From positions 121,272,001-121,336,000 of the forward strand of contig OX597818.1 in assembly GCA_951406725.2 (NCBI GenBank): a stretch of DNA of 64,000 nt, written 5' to 3'. How positions within the stretch are numbered: the first letter of the stretch is position 1; each line of letters opens with the position of its first letter. The stretch comes from Octopus vulgaris (lineage: Eukaryota). The notes under the pieces were generated by a model. That model was not told the origin of the DNA, made no database searches, and saw nothing but the letters and a program-made list of their open reading frames with translations. Below are positions 24,083-37,847 of this stretch, piece by piece. The translations under genes were made by a program, and so were the position numbers.

Positions 24083-24559
24083 AGCATCATATCCACTACG
24101 ATAACACGAACAGTAGAGGTTCCAGCAAATGAGTGGCTGTGACGTAAGGCTCAATCCTACTGACTGGCAACTTGGGCAAGTGTCTTCCACGACAGCCTTT
24201 AGGAGAGATAGATGAATAGATAGAGAGAGAGAGTGTGTGTGGTGACAACATTTTGCTCTTTATCTTTACACTTATATACACATATACCAATGTATGTGCA
24301 TGCATTTCGGCTGTTAAATAAATTCGCTCTTTGTTATTTCAATTAACACGAAAAATATTTTTGTTGCAGATTTTGTTATTACTTTTTCCCCTCCTCTTTA
24401 GCTCTATTCTTCCTCTGCAACTTTTTTTCGTCGGTTTTGAAATTTGATTAAATCTCACCTCTTTTCAGACATGTAACGATTGAAAGTAGAAGAAAGAAAA
24501 ACCAAAGAATTTATCTGATAGCCCAATACTTAAACATTTTGTACTGTAGTCGATAGAGT

Positions 24560-24716
24560 TGCAAATCGACCCCAGGACTTATTCTTTGTAAGCCTAGTAC
24601 TTATTCTATCGGTCTCTTTTGCCGAACCGCTACGGGGACGTAAACACACCAGCATTGGTTGTCAAGCGATGTTGAGGGGACAAACACACGCACACAAACA
24701 CATGCACACAAACATA

Positions 24717-24770
<54 letters not shown>

Positions 24771-24928
24771 CGACAGGCTCCTTTCAGTTTCCGTTTATCA
24801 AATCCACTCACAAGGCTTTGGTCGGCCCGAGGCTATAGTAGAAAACACTTGCCCAAGGTGCCCCGCAGTGGGACTGAACCCGGAGCCATGTGGTTCGTAA
24901 GCAAGCTACTTACCACACAGCCACTCCT
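24560..24928 (-). mobile_element. SINE S2
   Basis: Homologous to 3588-4020. Confidence 0.9.
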
Positions 24929-25307
24929 AATTTTTTGCAATAAACATCGTAATACTAGTTTGTCTGTCAAACTTAAAAGTTGGTAAAATAGATATGTGTT
25001 ATATGTCGACTATATTTCACCGCTAGAAAATGCTGTAGATTGTCAGATTAATTCGCTCGTTGTTTTTCACCAACCCCCCGACCACCTCATTTGTTTCAGT
25101 TTTTTTTTTTTCGGTATTATTTGAATTAACACGAAATTTATTTTAATCGTAGTTTTTTATGGTTTTCGTTTATCGTTTTCGGAATTTGAATAAATTTTGC
25201 CTCTTTTCAGATATATGACGTTGAGGTGCCAACTAGGAGAAGAAAAAAAATTCTGAACAAAAGAAACGAACGAATTTATCTGACAGAGCAATATTAACAA
25301 CAACAAA

Positions 25308-25472
<165 letters not shown>

Positions 25473-25844
25473 ACAATGAGCGAGCTACGGGAAATTAGTA
25501 AAAAGTATGGATGTGTGACATCATGTGTTTATAAAAACAGACTTTTCGTCGAGTATAATTAATCGATTTTTACCATTGAAGTAAAGCACCTTTGATCTCT
25601 CAGCCTGAACGGATGATTAACAGAAAATTTACTGTGAGGAACGACTTTATTCCGGTAAAAAGAATATTATACAAGAAGTAGAAAAAAATAAGAAGAAAAA
25701 AGAGCCAAAAAATAAATAGAATATAAAATAATATAAAAAACAAGAAAAATCAATGTGAAGTATTGCATTTTTGAGATAATTCAATATAGATATCAAATAT
25801 CAAAGAAGTGTTAAGTTTCCCCGACAACCTGGGCGCTTTAAATA

Positions 25845-26492
25845 TGATGGTGGTAGTGGTGCTGTTGCTGCTACTGCTGCTGCTGCTGCTGATCCTGGTG
25901 ATGGTAATGATGGTGGTGGTGTTGGTGAAGGTGGTGGTGGTGGTGGTGGTGGTGGTGGTAGTGGTGAAGGCGGTGGTGATGGTGGTGGTAGTGGTGACGG
26001 GGTGGTAGTAGTAATGGTTGCGGTGGTGTTGGTGGCGGTGCGGCGTAGGTGTTGGTGGCGGTGCGGTGTAGGTGGTGGTGGTAGTGGTGAAGGTGGTGGT
26101 GATGATGGTGGTAGTGGTGAAGGCAGTGGTGATGGTGGTGGTAGTGGTGACGGGGTGGTAGTAGTAATGGTTGCGGTGGTGTTGGTGGCGGTGCGGCGTA
26201 GGTGTTGGTGGCGGTGCGGTGTAGGTGGTGGTGGTAGTGGTGAAGGTGGTGGTGATGATGGTGGTAGTGGTGAAGGCAGTGGTGATGGTGGTGGTAGTGG
26301 TGACGGGGTGGTAGTAGTAATGGTTGCGGTGGTGTTGGTGGCGGTGCGGCGTAGGTGTTGGTGGCGGTGCGGTGTAGGTGGTGGTAGTGGTGAAGGTGGT
26401 GGTGATGAGGGTGGTAGTGGTGACGGGGTGGTAGTAGTAGTAGTAATGGTGCGGTGTAGGTGTTGGTGGCGGTGCGGTGCAGGTGGTGGTGG
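25845..26492. repeat. (GGT)-derived minisatellite with 153-bp higher-order unit
   Basis: Marker GACGGGG at 25996, 26149, 26302, 26422 (periods 153, 153, 120). Confidence 0.92.
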
Positions 26493-27014
26493 ACGGACGG
26501 TAAAACAGCGTTGTTAAATGCAAAACTGTTCCTATAGTTATGTTCGGAGAAAAACATTCTGTAACAACGAGCCAAAGTAGGACTTACGGTGCGGTCGATC
26601 GATCTGCTGGAAAGAGCAGCCAAATCTTTCTCATACAAATAAAGTCCGCATTGGACAGCATAATCATAAATATGCAAAAATACGGGATGGTTATGGCCAG
26701 AACGCCTTTTCATCATGGGTTCATTGAATCCGAGTTGATCTGGGACAACAGGCATACACACACAGACACACTCACGCGCACGCACTTACGCGCACACGCA
26801 CGCACTACACACAGACACAGACAGACAGACAGACACACAGACAGACAGACAGACACACACACAAAGAAGCTACTTTTCTATTTTTGCGTGGGATGGAGTA
26901 ATTTCCTTTTTATCTCTCTTCAAATTATGCTTATTTTTGGTGTCGAATTTATTAATTAATGCTTAATTTCAATACAAGTATACAGCATAAATAATAATAA
27001 TAATAATAATAATG

Positions 27015-27078
<64 letters not shown>

Positions 27079-27095
27079 TAATAATAATAATAATG

Positions 27096-27145
<50 letters not shown>

Positions 27146-27159
27146 TATAATATAATGAT

Positions 27160-27690
27160 AAATGCTCTGTGCAGTACCAGACAGTGGCTCTCATAGCTTC
27201 TGATCTTAACTGATTGGAAGTGTTATCATGTACATTGTTTTGTCTTGGTATAAAAGATGGGCTACAGCAAATATTCTGCTCAATACCACAGATTTGCTTG
27301 TCAGTTGTTTGACCTTAACCAGTTGACCATGTCCCTTTATTGGCTGACGATATGTGCATCTCTGATCACGAGCAGAAGTAGTTGGGGAGTATCATAGTCA
27401 TGTATAGCGAGGAATTCTTTGGGGCTTGGATAATTCACCTCTGGAAACATGGGTGTCTCGTTCGACACCCTGAAACGACCCTTATTCAGGGACATTTTGA
27501 GCTCGAACAGAAGAAAATTCTAACTGAACCCACCTGCAAGGTCATGCGCTGTTTATCTTGATATGGTTGTGTACATATGGTTGTGATGCATGTGCCTGAT
27601 GTACCCTTATCAGACAATCATGATAGGTATACTGGGGTTCATATATTTCCCCCCAGTTTCACTTTGATAGCATGTACTGCTCTCTCAATC
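27160..27690 (+). mobile_element. ~530-bp non-coding element embedded in (AAT)n, probably 3' UTR or non-autonomous derivative of a microsatellite-targeting LINE
   Basis: Long (AAT)n at 26990-27155 and GAT/AAC/AAT repeats after 27690; same terminus as 9850-9894. Confidence 0.65.
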
Positions 27691-28544
27691 AATGATGATG
27701 ATGATGATAATGATAACAACAACAACAACAACAACAACAATAATAATAATAATAATAAAGTAACAAAAAGAAGAGTGCGACTGTTATCAAATAAACAATA
27801 TTTCGACATCGCGTGTGTCTTCCACAGGTTCAAAAATAGACTTGTCAATCTACTTCATTTTGGTAACCCGCTGGTAATCATTTGGTAATCCATTGCATTA
27901 TGAAAACAGTAACTAAATTACTTATTGAAGTGGCTTCATGTATATACAGTGCACAACACGCAGACACACATATGTGCAAACTCACATATTCAAACAAACG
28001 GAGATATTCACACACACTTATGAATATAATTATGTATCTTAAATATAAATGGCAATTTTTGTCTGTTTGTTACCAGCGAACAAATACTCACGAAACTTTG
28101 CTTACGTGTTACACTAACGTCTAGTTCAGTGACAGAGTTTCAATAATAATTTGATTTCGATAAAGATCTATAATGTGCTCCCCAGCGGGGTTGGGAATAT
28201 TTTATGACAAAATGAGAAAGGTGCAAAAAGTATCAGTCGGAGGGAAACGCAGTAGCAGAGTGAGGGTGACTTATATCAGGGACGTCGCGAACAGCGTCAT
28301 GTAAGCGACAAATATTGTGCGGAAATGGGATGTAAACGTTAATACAGCTTTTATATACACGCGGCACTGCATGCATACTTTTGTAAATATATAGAAACAA
28401 CACACACACACACACATACACACACATACACACAGAAAGGTGGCTGTGAGGAATACATAGCTTTGACAGAAAGAAACACTCACACACATACGTACATACA
28501 TACATACATACATACATACATACATACATACATACATACATACA

Positions 28545-28575
<31 letters not shown>

Positions 28576-29218
28576 GGCTACTATACACCATTTTAAACTC
28601 CAGGTTACCTGTGTGTACGTTTGTAAATGTTTGTGCGCATGTGTGTATCTCTGAGGTGTCCTATAACTGTCTGTCCCTCTACATTTGTAGAATCTTCCCT
28701 GTTGCTCTCAGATATTGTGAGAGTTTAAAATTAAGGTAAACTCTTCAAATTTGATATATTGAAATAATTTTCCACGTTAAACCCAATTTTGTTATTTATT
28801 TGTTCCAGAAAAATTGCAGAAAAATGTTAGTGAGGTTTAAAATTTAATTAGTTTTACCTTATCGGAAAACAGCATTTAGAAGCTGTCATTTTCTACATGA
28901 TAGCCGTCTATCACAAAATGAAAGCAAAAACATTAGGAGGAATTTTTATTAAAGAAACAAAAGAAAAGCATTACGATGACCAAAGTTGTGAGGACTTCTA
29001 AAGTTTTAATAAATAAAGTTATGTGAAACAGTCGCACAGACATGTAAATAATTTTAAAAAGGAAAAAATTCCTCAACGAAGACTTTTCGCGAAAAATTGC
29101 ACAAATCTATCCAGTGGCCTATCTGTAGGTGAAGGCATGGTTTGACATGGAATAAGCAAAAAATTATATAAGACGTTCTGTTATAAAAAAAATTCCTGGT
29201 AATGACGGGCAATATATA

Positions 29219-30245
29219 TCTCTTATTATAAAAGGCAGATTTTATCTGCCTCCCTTTGGGAGTTATACAAATCTACAATATAGGATTTCTTCAATTACAA
29301 TTTACCTAGCATTTTTAAGAGTACAATGCATCGCGTCATGCCAGGTCCAGTTTTAAAATTTAAACTCCAATTAAGCAAAATTTACAGAAAACTCACATTC
29401 TGGTGTGTGTGTCAAATACTTTTCTTAGTCTGGTTTACACCACACGCAAACGCACACACACAGTGTGCAACGAATAAAATGAAAGTAAATAGCGACAGAG
29501 TGATTTGAGACTAAACTGAAAGTATTTAAACCACTACTCAAAAAATAAAAAAACACAGCAAACAGAAAATTTCTTCAATTAGAGTTTACCTAAGATTTTT
29601 CAGAGTACTTCAGTGGGTGATGCCATAAAAATTTCTTTCAATTTTACCACCAATTAAGACAAAATTCGAGAAAACTCAATATTTTAACATATCACTCCGA
29701 AAGCATTGATGTACATGTGTGCGTGCGTGAGTGTGTGTGTGTCATTCCTCACACACACGCATACACATACATATACAACTACATACAACTACATACACAT
29801 ACAACTACATACAAACACGTGTGTGTTTGTTATTAGTAAAAAAAGGCGCCAAATCACAACTCACTTATCATTCCAACACATTTGCAAAGACACACGGACG
29901 GACAGAAAAGATAAATTGGTTTTTATTTTACTCTGTATATATTTTATTACGCCCGAATTTACCTATTCATATTTAAATGAGAATATCAGAGCAAATCTCT
30001 TTAGTACATTCGTGAAAACACGTATTATACTTCGTAAACACTTCAACTACAGTTTTGTACAAAAATCGAAGTGTAATTTTAATTCCGTGAATTATGGGAG
30101 ATTTTTTTCCGAAATTTGTTCCTATTGTGTTTTCAAAATTTGTAATTCTGACAAAAAATGGATACGAATTTCATTATATCAAGCAGCGAGTCAGAATTCG
30201 AAGGATTTTCTACTGAAGACCTTCATAAATCTAACTCTATGACTG
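29219..30245 (+). mobile_element. Probable Helitron-derived segment (5' end and internal repeats)
   Basis: A|TC start with TCTCTTATTATAAAAGGCAGA like other Helitron 5' ends here; internal imperfect duplication (29288-29400 vs 29570-29680); abuts the Helitron at 30260. Confidence 0.5.
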
Positions 30246-30259
30246 AAAAAAAAAAACCA

Positions 30260-30657
30260 TCTTTATATAAGAGTGAAGTTGTGTGGTGTCTGTCTCCTAC
30301 GATTTAGATTCCTAACTACTCCCACATTTTGCGGTGCAGTTTAACCAAAAGCGGGTATCTTATAGTCGTGATTCATATCGAGCCCTTCTGGGTATTAGCG
30401 TGCGTCTACGATGAGTCTACGATTTAAAAAAAAATTACCATCATATTTTTCCATTTTAATGCATTTTTTTCGCTTTTATATAAGGGAAGTAACTCTCTAA
30501 AAATATCTACGATGTGTCAACGATTTAAAAAAAAATTTACCATAATTTTTTTTCCATTTTTAATGCATTTTTTTGCTAATTTTTGGCTGTAACTCTCTAA
30601 AAATGCTTTATAGTTATTTCCCTTACAAACCCGAGCAACGCCGGGCGACACTGCTAG
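30260..30657 (+). mobile_element. Non-autonomous Helitron family H1
   Basis: A|TC start, subterminal hairpin CCCGAGCAACGCCGGG, CTAG|T end, no TSD; four copies in window. Confidence 0.9.
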
Positions 30658-30699
30658 TAATTAAATAATTTAATTTCCTACGAGAATATTTTATTTGCT

Positions 30700-30922
30700 T
30701 CGATTTTATGTAAAAAATACAAACTGGGACAAGAAAGCAAAACATTTAGAAGACGATACAAAAATACACGGACGGGACATTCGAAGCCTTCAATCTTCTG
30801 TCAAGAACCGGATCATCCTCGCAATTTCGGCTGATTAATCTTGAGATTGCTCCGATCTGGCCAGCCTCAAAGGAAAATCTAAGCCAAGCGCATTAGATTC
30901 CTTGGAAGAAAGCCTCGAATTA
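30700..30922 (-). mobile_element. Possible Penelope-like terminal repeat relic
   Basis: Minus strand GGCTG...CAGCC-GAAA hairpin followed 24 nt later by CAGAAGA; composition like family F. Confidence 0.4.
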
Positions 30923-31016
30923 GGAAAATAAAAATAAGCAAGAAGTGGAAATTTTACCGATGAGTGTATTAAATTATAAGGCGCAAAAAGAAAATGACTC
31001 TACCTAGACACAACAG

Positions 31017-31049
<33 letters not shown>

Positions 31050-32002
31050 ATGCACTCGCCAATGCATAATGACACTGGAAATGCGAACAAGTATTTTGAG
31101 ACCGTATACTAATTTTCGTACAGATATACAACCAACTTTTATACGCACGAGAGTTCATAGACTAGAATCTCGCCAACAATGCGCGCACACACACACACGC
31201 GCGCGCACACACACACGCACGCGCACACACACACGCGCGCGCACACACACACGCGCGCGCGCACACACACACGCACACACAACACACGCAGCCATATTCA
31301 ACAAGCGCAGAAAGAAATGAAAGCGAATATGATAAAACAGACATGTGGTTCAAATTTCCTGATCCTTAATTATAAATCTGACGCCGGCTCTATGACAAAC
31401 CTTAAGCTTTGCTGTCAAAATGCATTCTCAAAACGTTATGAAACGTCCTACCTGTTGACCTTCGTTATGTGCTAAAAATACACACACACACACATATATA
31501 CATATATACATATATACATAAGGCAAATGTTCAATGAACCTTTCTTTGATAGCCAGCAGCACTCCCTGTGCTTGTTAACTCAATGTTGTCCGTTAAGTCA
31601 GGATCTGCCAATCTTTTGACCAGAACGTGCCTTTGGGTTTAGAGTTGATTGGGATTATATTAAGTGCCAAATTAACTTCCATTCTACGTCTCTTTATATT
31701 GTATACATCACTTGAAGTAATTCTAAATGATTAGCGCTCTCTTTTGCTTCCAGTAGCTAATTAAGAGCCTTTCCTTTTATTTCGTTGAAAATGGCTGAAT
31801 TTGTTGGCTGCTAAAACACTACCGATAGCTATTTTCCGTTTCCCGTTTGTTCTCATTTTCATTATAATATACAAAGTTAGGTATGATATTTTAAATCTCC
31901 CTATATATAATGTACGTACGTACGAACATATGTATGTATGTAAGTATGTATGTATGTATGTATGTATGTATGTATGTTTGTGTGCGTGTCTGTATTTATG
32001 TA

Positions 32003-32075
<73 letters not shown>

Positions 32076-32098
32076 ATGTATCAATATATGTATGTGTA

Positions 32099-32295
32099 AG
32101 GGCGGTGAGTTGACAAAATCGTTAGCGCACCGGGCGAAATACTTAGTGGTATTTCGTCTGCCGCTACGTTCTGAGTTCAAATTCCGCCGAGGTCGATTTT
32201 GCCTTTCATTCTTTCGTGGTCGATTAAATAAGTACCAGTTACGCACTGGGGTCGATATAATCGACTTAATCCGTTTGTCTGTCCTTGTTTGTCCT
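32099..32295 (+). mobile_element. SINE S1 monomer
   Basis: Homologous to 16739-16935. Confidence 0.9.
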
Positions 32296-32301
32296 ATTGT
32301 C

Positions 32302-32336
<35 letters not shown>

Positions 32337-32372
32337 TGTATGTATGTATACTTGAATACGTGTATATATATA

Positions 32373-32430
<58 letters not shown>

Positions 32431-32734
32431 ATAATTTAGAACAAACCGTAAGTTGTCATTATAGTAGTCGGAGTTTCGAATGTCGTAGCGAAGAGCTACG
32501 ATACACTCTCGTTGGCTATTAATGGCAACAGACGCTATGAAATAAAAGGGAAATTACTCTAATAGGTAAAATAAAAGAAAAAAAGAAGAAAGATAAAAAA
32601 TACACGCAACCATATTCTCACAATACATAGAAATGAACCATCTGCATTCACAACGTCTACATACGTACATATATACATACACAAACATATTTACGTACAT
32701 GCACTAGTACAAAGAAAGATATAACCATCTATAT

Positions 32735-33396
32735 GTTAAGAAAGATCAGTGGTTATGCTCTGTTACTAGCCACAAGCATTAAATACAATAGAAAAATATT
32801 AACAGACAATATGATATATCTTTGTTTTTAAATTTTCATGCTCTACATGGAGTCAGTAATAATTCCTGGAGAAACTCGACACACTTCCATACGTTTTTCA
32901 ACGTATTGTTCGTATATTATCTCTATATGTATAAACGGCAAAATGTCTGCGTGTGTGTCCTTTATACAAATCCACAATTTTTCAGTTAGAGGGCTCGCAC
33001 TTTCTATGGTCATTCGAAACCATCCAAGGGTGGTCATGCACATCTTTACATTTCCCCAGTCACTCCGCAAAGCCATTAAAAAATCAATAGAAGTGACTTT
33101 TTTGTGAATTTTCTATCCAAAACCCAATCAAAATGCCCTAAACCTGATACGCCAATTGAATGCCAGCTAGCTGTATGTGATTGGTCGGAGATTTGGACAG
33201 TACTCGCGTGTATGTGCGCACGCACGCACGCAGCTGTATATGCATGCACTAGCACTATGACCCGGCGTTGCCGGGTCATAGTGATAGTTACATATATATG
33301 CCTACGCTTTGAGACCAGTTTATTTAAGTGTATTTAAATTATTATTTGTAAGTAAATGGGTAAGTAAACGTTGAGGTCCCATTCTTTTGCTGTTAC

Positions 33397-33466
<70 letters not shown>

Positions 33467-34160
33467 TATTATTATTATATATGGGAGGAAGGGATATCCA
33501 TAATATTCCAGAAACACCTATAAGAATATATCTATGTTTTTTTCGTTATAAATCTCCTGAAAACTTGGCTTTGTTATCTCATTTTGTCTAATATATATAT
33601 ATATGACGTGAATTGAGTTCAGGAAGCAAGGAAACGGGAATAAATACCGTAGGCATTTCGTCCGATGCACTCATGTTTCTTAGTGAATATCTGTTAGTAT
33701 ATACACATAATCTCTCTCTCTCCCACACACACACACAGATACACACACATTTACACACATTCACACACATACACATTCACATACGCATACATCAAGTACT
33801 AAACCACCCGAAACTGTGGCATCTGTACCAGGATATAACTGACAGTCAACGACCTACAATCCACAGCTTACAGCAAAAGATTAATTAAACAGTTACGCAA
33901 CTGTTAAGAAAGATCAGTGGTTATACTCTGTTACTAGCCCCAAACATTAAATACAATAGCAAAATATTAACAGACAATAAGATACATCTTTGTTTTTAAA
34001 TTTTCATGCTCTACATGGAGTCAGTAATAATTCTTGGAAAAACTCGACTCACTTCCATACGTTTTTCAACGTATTGTTCGTATATTATTACATATATTTG
34101 CCTACGCTTTGAGACCAGTTTATTTAAGTGTATTTAAATTATTATGTGTAAGTAAATGGG
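32735..34160 (+). repeat. Local direct duplication of ~260 bp (32735-32919 plus 33288-33360 vs 33903-34160)
   Basis: GTTAAGAAAGATCAGTGGTTAT...GTAAGTAAATGGG present twice; first copy interrupted by a Helitron. Confidence 0.92.
32920..33287 (+). mobile_element. Non-autonomous Helitron family H2
   Basis: Inserted at A|T without TSD relative to the empty paralog at ~34087; TC start; terminal hairpin; ends ATAG. Confidence 0.92.
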
Positions 34161-34274
34161 TGTGTATAGATTTGTATCTTTTCTTACTCTGTATGCGAAT
34201 GAGTACACAGTGGTTTCGTAAAAACATATAAAGAATAAACCGCGTCTACATATGTTAGGCTATATTTGCACCGC

Positions 34275-34493
34275 ACGCACGTACATACATACATACATAC
34301 ACTCGTTTGTAAATGTATGTGTATATGTGTGTGTGTGAGTGTGTGTGTGAGTGTGTGCATGTGTTTGTGTGTGTGCGTGTGCATGTATGTGTGGGCTTGT
34401 ATGAGTGTGTGTTTGTGTATAGATAGATGGAAATAAACGTAGATACACACATATATATACAAATAATACATACTGTACATGCATTCATAAATA

Positions 34494-34533
<40 letters not shown>

Positions 34534-34535
34534 AG

Positions 34536-34579
<44 letters not shown>

Positions 34580-34611
34580 ATATATATGTATATATATATA
34601 TATAGAGATAG

Positions 34612-34649
<38 letters not shown>

Positions 34650-34750
34650 GTATACATAGATGTGTATTTGTATGTATAAAAAAATAAGCATGTACACATA
34701 TATACACACACAAATATGCACACATACACTCTCACACGCACACATGTTGT
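34275..34750. repeat. Compound TG/TA/GATA/GA microsatellite
   Basis: Direct inspection. Confidence 0.9.
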
Positions 34751-35211
34751 GACACAAACCACCGTGTGGATATTTGGCTTTTATGGGTATTACGTGTACA
34801 TGTGCGTAAATATGTATGCATTAAACAGATTTGTAAACAAGTCAATGTGTGTTTGTCTTAGCATATATTTCAATACGAATCTGTAAAATAATCTGAGGGA
34901 ACCGATCGAGAGATGGTCCCATGTGTGATAAGGAGAGTGCTGTCAGGTTTAGGAAATAAATCTGAGATACGAATTTTCTGGAAGTCATTGCAGAGACGAA
35001 TGATAAAGAATAGTAATCGGTGCAAAGCGTGGGAAACGCCGCGATAGCAGCTTTGTGACCCGATGTAACAATACATTCCGACAAGACAAGCGCAGTTTAT
35101 TGTTTTTCACTTTGCATGTGAACTGATGAAGGAAATGATGCTCCGTTTTTACATTGTATCAACTGAATTAAAAAAATGTTTAATTAATAAATTAATTAAT
35201 CTATTAATAAA

Positions 35212-35610
35212 TCTTTATATATAAAAGTGAAGTTGTGTGAGTGTCTGTCTCCTACTATTTAGATTCCTAACTACTCCCAGATTTTGCGGTGCAGCTTAAT
35301 CAAAACCGGGTATCTTATAGCCGTGATTCATATCGAGCCCTTCTGGGTATTAGCGCGCGTCTACGATGAGTCTACGATTTAAAAAAATTTACCATCATTT
35401 TTTTCCATTTTAATGCATTTTTTCGCTAATATATAAGGGAAGTAACTCTCTAAAATGTCTACGATGATTCAACGATTTTTAAAAAAATTTACCATCAATT
35501 TTTTCCCATTTTTAATGCATTTTTTTGCTATTTTTTGGCTATAACTCTCTAAAAATGCTTATATAGTTATTTCCCTTACAAACCTGAGCAACGCCGGGCG
35601 ATACTGCTAG
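35212..35610 (+). mobile_element. Non-autonomous Helitron H1
   Basis: A|TCTTTATAT start, CTAG|T end, homologous to 30260-30657. Confidence 0.92.
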
Positions 35611-36135
35611 TTAATTGATAAATGAATTAATCGAATTTTACGTTGGTCAAGTGGATAGGATCTGCGTTTCACCTTGAGCATTCAAATCCTGAAGTTTTAG
35701 AGATGCTGTTGTTATATTCGGCGCCCCTTGGGTATTTTGAATCTTGTCGTAGCCCGTTTCTCTCCGTGTTTAATCCCAGACGGTTTCTGTCAACGAAAGA
35801 GAGAAAGAGAGAGAGAGAGAGAGAGGAGTTGGCGCCAATAAGGATTGGAACTTTATTTATCAACCCCAAATGAATGGAAGTTAAAGTTAACCTCAGTAGG
35901 GTTTCGCCTTCTTACGCAGTGATTTGAAATAATACTGCAAATCATTCTGTCTGATGCTGTAAGGGCTCTACCAGTTCGCCACTTTGTGTGACGTATTAAG
36001 AGAATTGTTAAACATAAGGTGTCTAACTAATAATGCTGTGAATGCATTAATAGGTTGGGCATACGATTGTTAGGCTTAGTTTCGAATCTCGAACCGAGTG
36101 GCATATTGTTCATCGAGCAAAGTTCTTCCAGTCCA

Positions 36136-36174
<39 letters not shown>

Positions 36175-36175
36175 G

Positions 36176-36216
<41 letters not shown>

Positions 36217-36251
36217 AATTTACAAGTATGGATGTTCCTATATATATATAT

Positions 36252-36690
36252 AGAGGGTAGAAAAACAAAAGACGAAGAAAGGTGGTGTAGACAACAAAAA
36301 GATATATTAGTTTAGCGCTCGGGGTGTGAAAAAGTCTTTGACGTTTCCAGCCTAGGCTCTTCCACAGAAAGGAACACAGAAAGAAACAAGGAGAGAAAAT
36401 ATAGAATGTGTAGTGTCTAGCGATCTATCATGGCGAATGCTGGACAGAAGGGTCACACACGAGAGCTAGGGAGAAGGGGAGATAATAAAGTAGTGGTGGT
36501 CCCAAAACGAAGGTGCGCGTGCGTTTGTATAAGAGAGTTTGTATGTGCGTGTGGAAAAGGGCTGGCCATCTTGACGTGTGCGTGTGTGTATGTGTAGGTG
36601 TGAAAATGTGGGTCTGGGAAGTGGTCAGTGCTGATGTGTGCGTGGTGCTGTGTTGTGTGGTATGGTGGTGTAAGGTGTAGTGGTGTGTGG
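36252..36690 (-). mobile_element. Longest family A copy (core CTGTGGA at 36336-36371)
   Basis: Minus strand CTTT-CTGTGGA-A-GAGC-CTAG-GCTG-GAAA-CG-TC-AAAG plus ~250 bp extra upstream sequence. Confidence 0.75.
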
Positions 36691-36780
36691 TATATATATA
36701 TGTATATATACATAATAATTCTCGTTTTTGGTGAAACACTGCAACCTGTTGTTTATATCAATTTTGTATATATATATATA

Positions 36781-36820
<40 letters not shown>

Positions 36821-36826
<6 letters not shown>

Positions 36827-37170
36827 CAATGGCCCAGTGGCTAGGGCAGTGGACTCGTGGTTTCGATTCCCAGACTGGGCGTTGTGAGTGTTTATTGTGC
36901 GAAAACACCTAAAGCTCCATGACGCTCCGGAAGGGGGTGGGTGGCGAACCCTGCTGTACTCTTTCATCACAACTATCTCTCACTCTTTCTTCCTGTTTCT
37001 GTTGTACCTGTATTTCGAAGGGCCATCCTAGTCACACTGAATTTCCCCGAGAACTACGTTAAGGGTACACGCGTCTGTGGAGTGCTCAGTCACTTACGCT
37101 TTAATTTCACGAGCAGGCTGTTCCGTTCATTGGATCAACTGGAACCCTCATCGTCGTAACCGCCGGATTG
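36821..37170 (+). mobile_element. SINE S3 with tail Y
   Basis: Head as 15920; tail homologous to 7605-7745(-). Confidence 0.88.
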
Positions 37171-37374
37171 CGTCGATAAATGTAAACAAATTCAAACAAA
37201 GAACTGTAGATAAATGTAAACAATCCTAAATATAGAACTGTAGAAACTTATGTTTGTTTTTATAAGCGTTGAAATGTGTATTGCGAGATACAAATGAGAT
37301 GATAATTATATATTCAAACGCATAAATGCTGATAACACAGCATGAGATTGGATAAGATATCGATACCCTCCTAT

Positions 37375-37540
37375 AGGCGCAGGAGTGGCTGTGTGGTAAG
37401 TAGCCTGTTTACCAACCACATGCTTCTGGGTTCAGTCCCATGCGTGGCACCTTGGGCAAATGTCTTCTACTGTAGTCTCGGGCCGACCAAAGCCTTGTGA
37501 GTGGATTTGGTTGACGGAAACTGAAAGAAGCCCGTCGTAT
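37375..37540 (+). mobile_element. SINE S2 5' half
   Basis: AGGCGCAGGAGTGGCTGTGTGGTAAG...GAAAGAAGCCCGTCG. Confidence 0.9.
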
Positions 37541-37555
37541 ATATAGATAATGTAA

Positions 37556-37751
37556 TACAGTTCTATATTTAAGAGATGAGTAATTATGTGCATTATTTAC
37601 ATTATTTACATTTGACGGATATTTGTCCTCATTTTGTTTGTTGTTAACACAACGTTTCGGCTGGTAATACCTTCCGGCCTTTATCAGGTGTCTTAGAGAA
37701 ATTTCGAACCTGGGTTCTCATTGATAAAGTATTTTTCGATGTTATTATTAC

Positions 37752-37827
<76 letters not shown>

Positions 37828-37845
37828 GTTATTATTATTATTCAA
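37556..37845 (-). mobile_element. Family E single arm (HHR core mutated to CTGATAA at 37646-37692)
   Basis: Homologous to 22342-22560. Confidence 0.88.
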
Positions 37846-37847
37846 GC

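Noticed and set aside
25750-26785. 257- and 304-aa repeat ORFs
   Set aside because: Consequence of the 153-bp GGT minisatellite
29706-30242. 178-aa ORF
   Set aside because: Starts in microsatellite, AT-rich, inside a Helitron-like segment; no Rep/helicase motifs
35123-35150. CTGATGA-A-GGA..TCC as a hammerhead
   Set aside because: GAAA replaced by GTTT; isolated 7-mers like this (also ~12549, ~23560, ~42182, ~44616) are expected by chance
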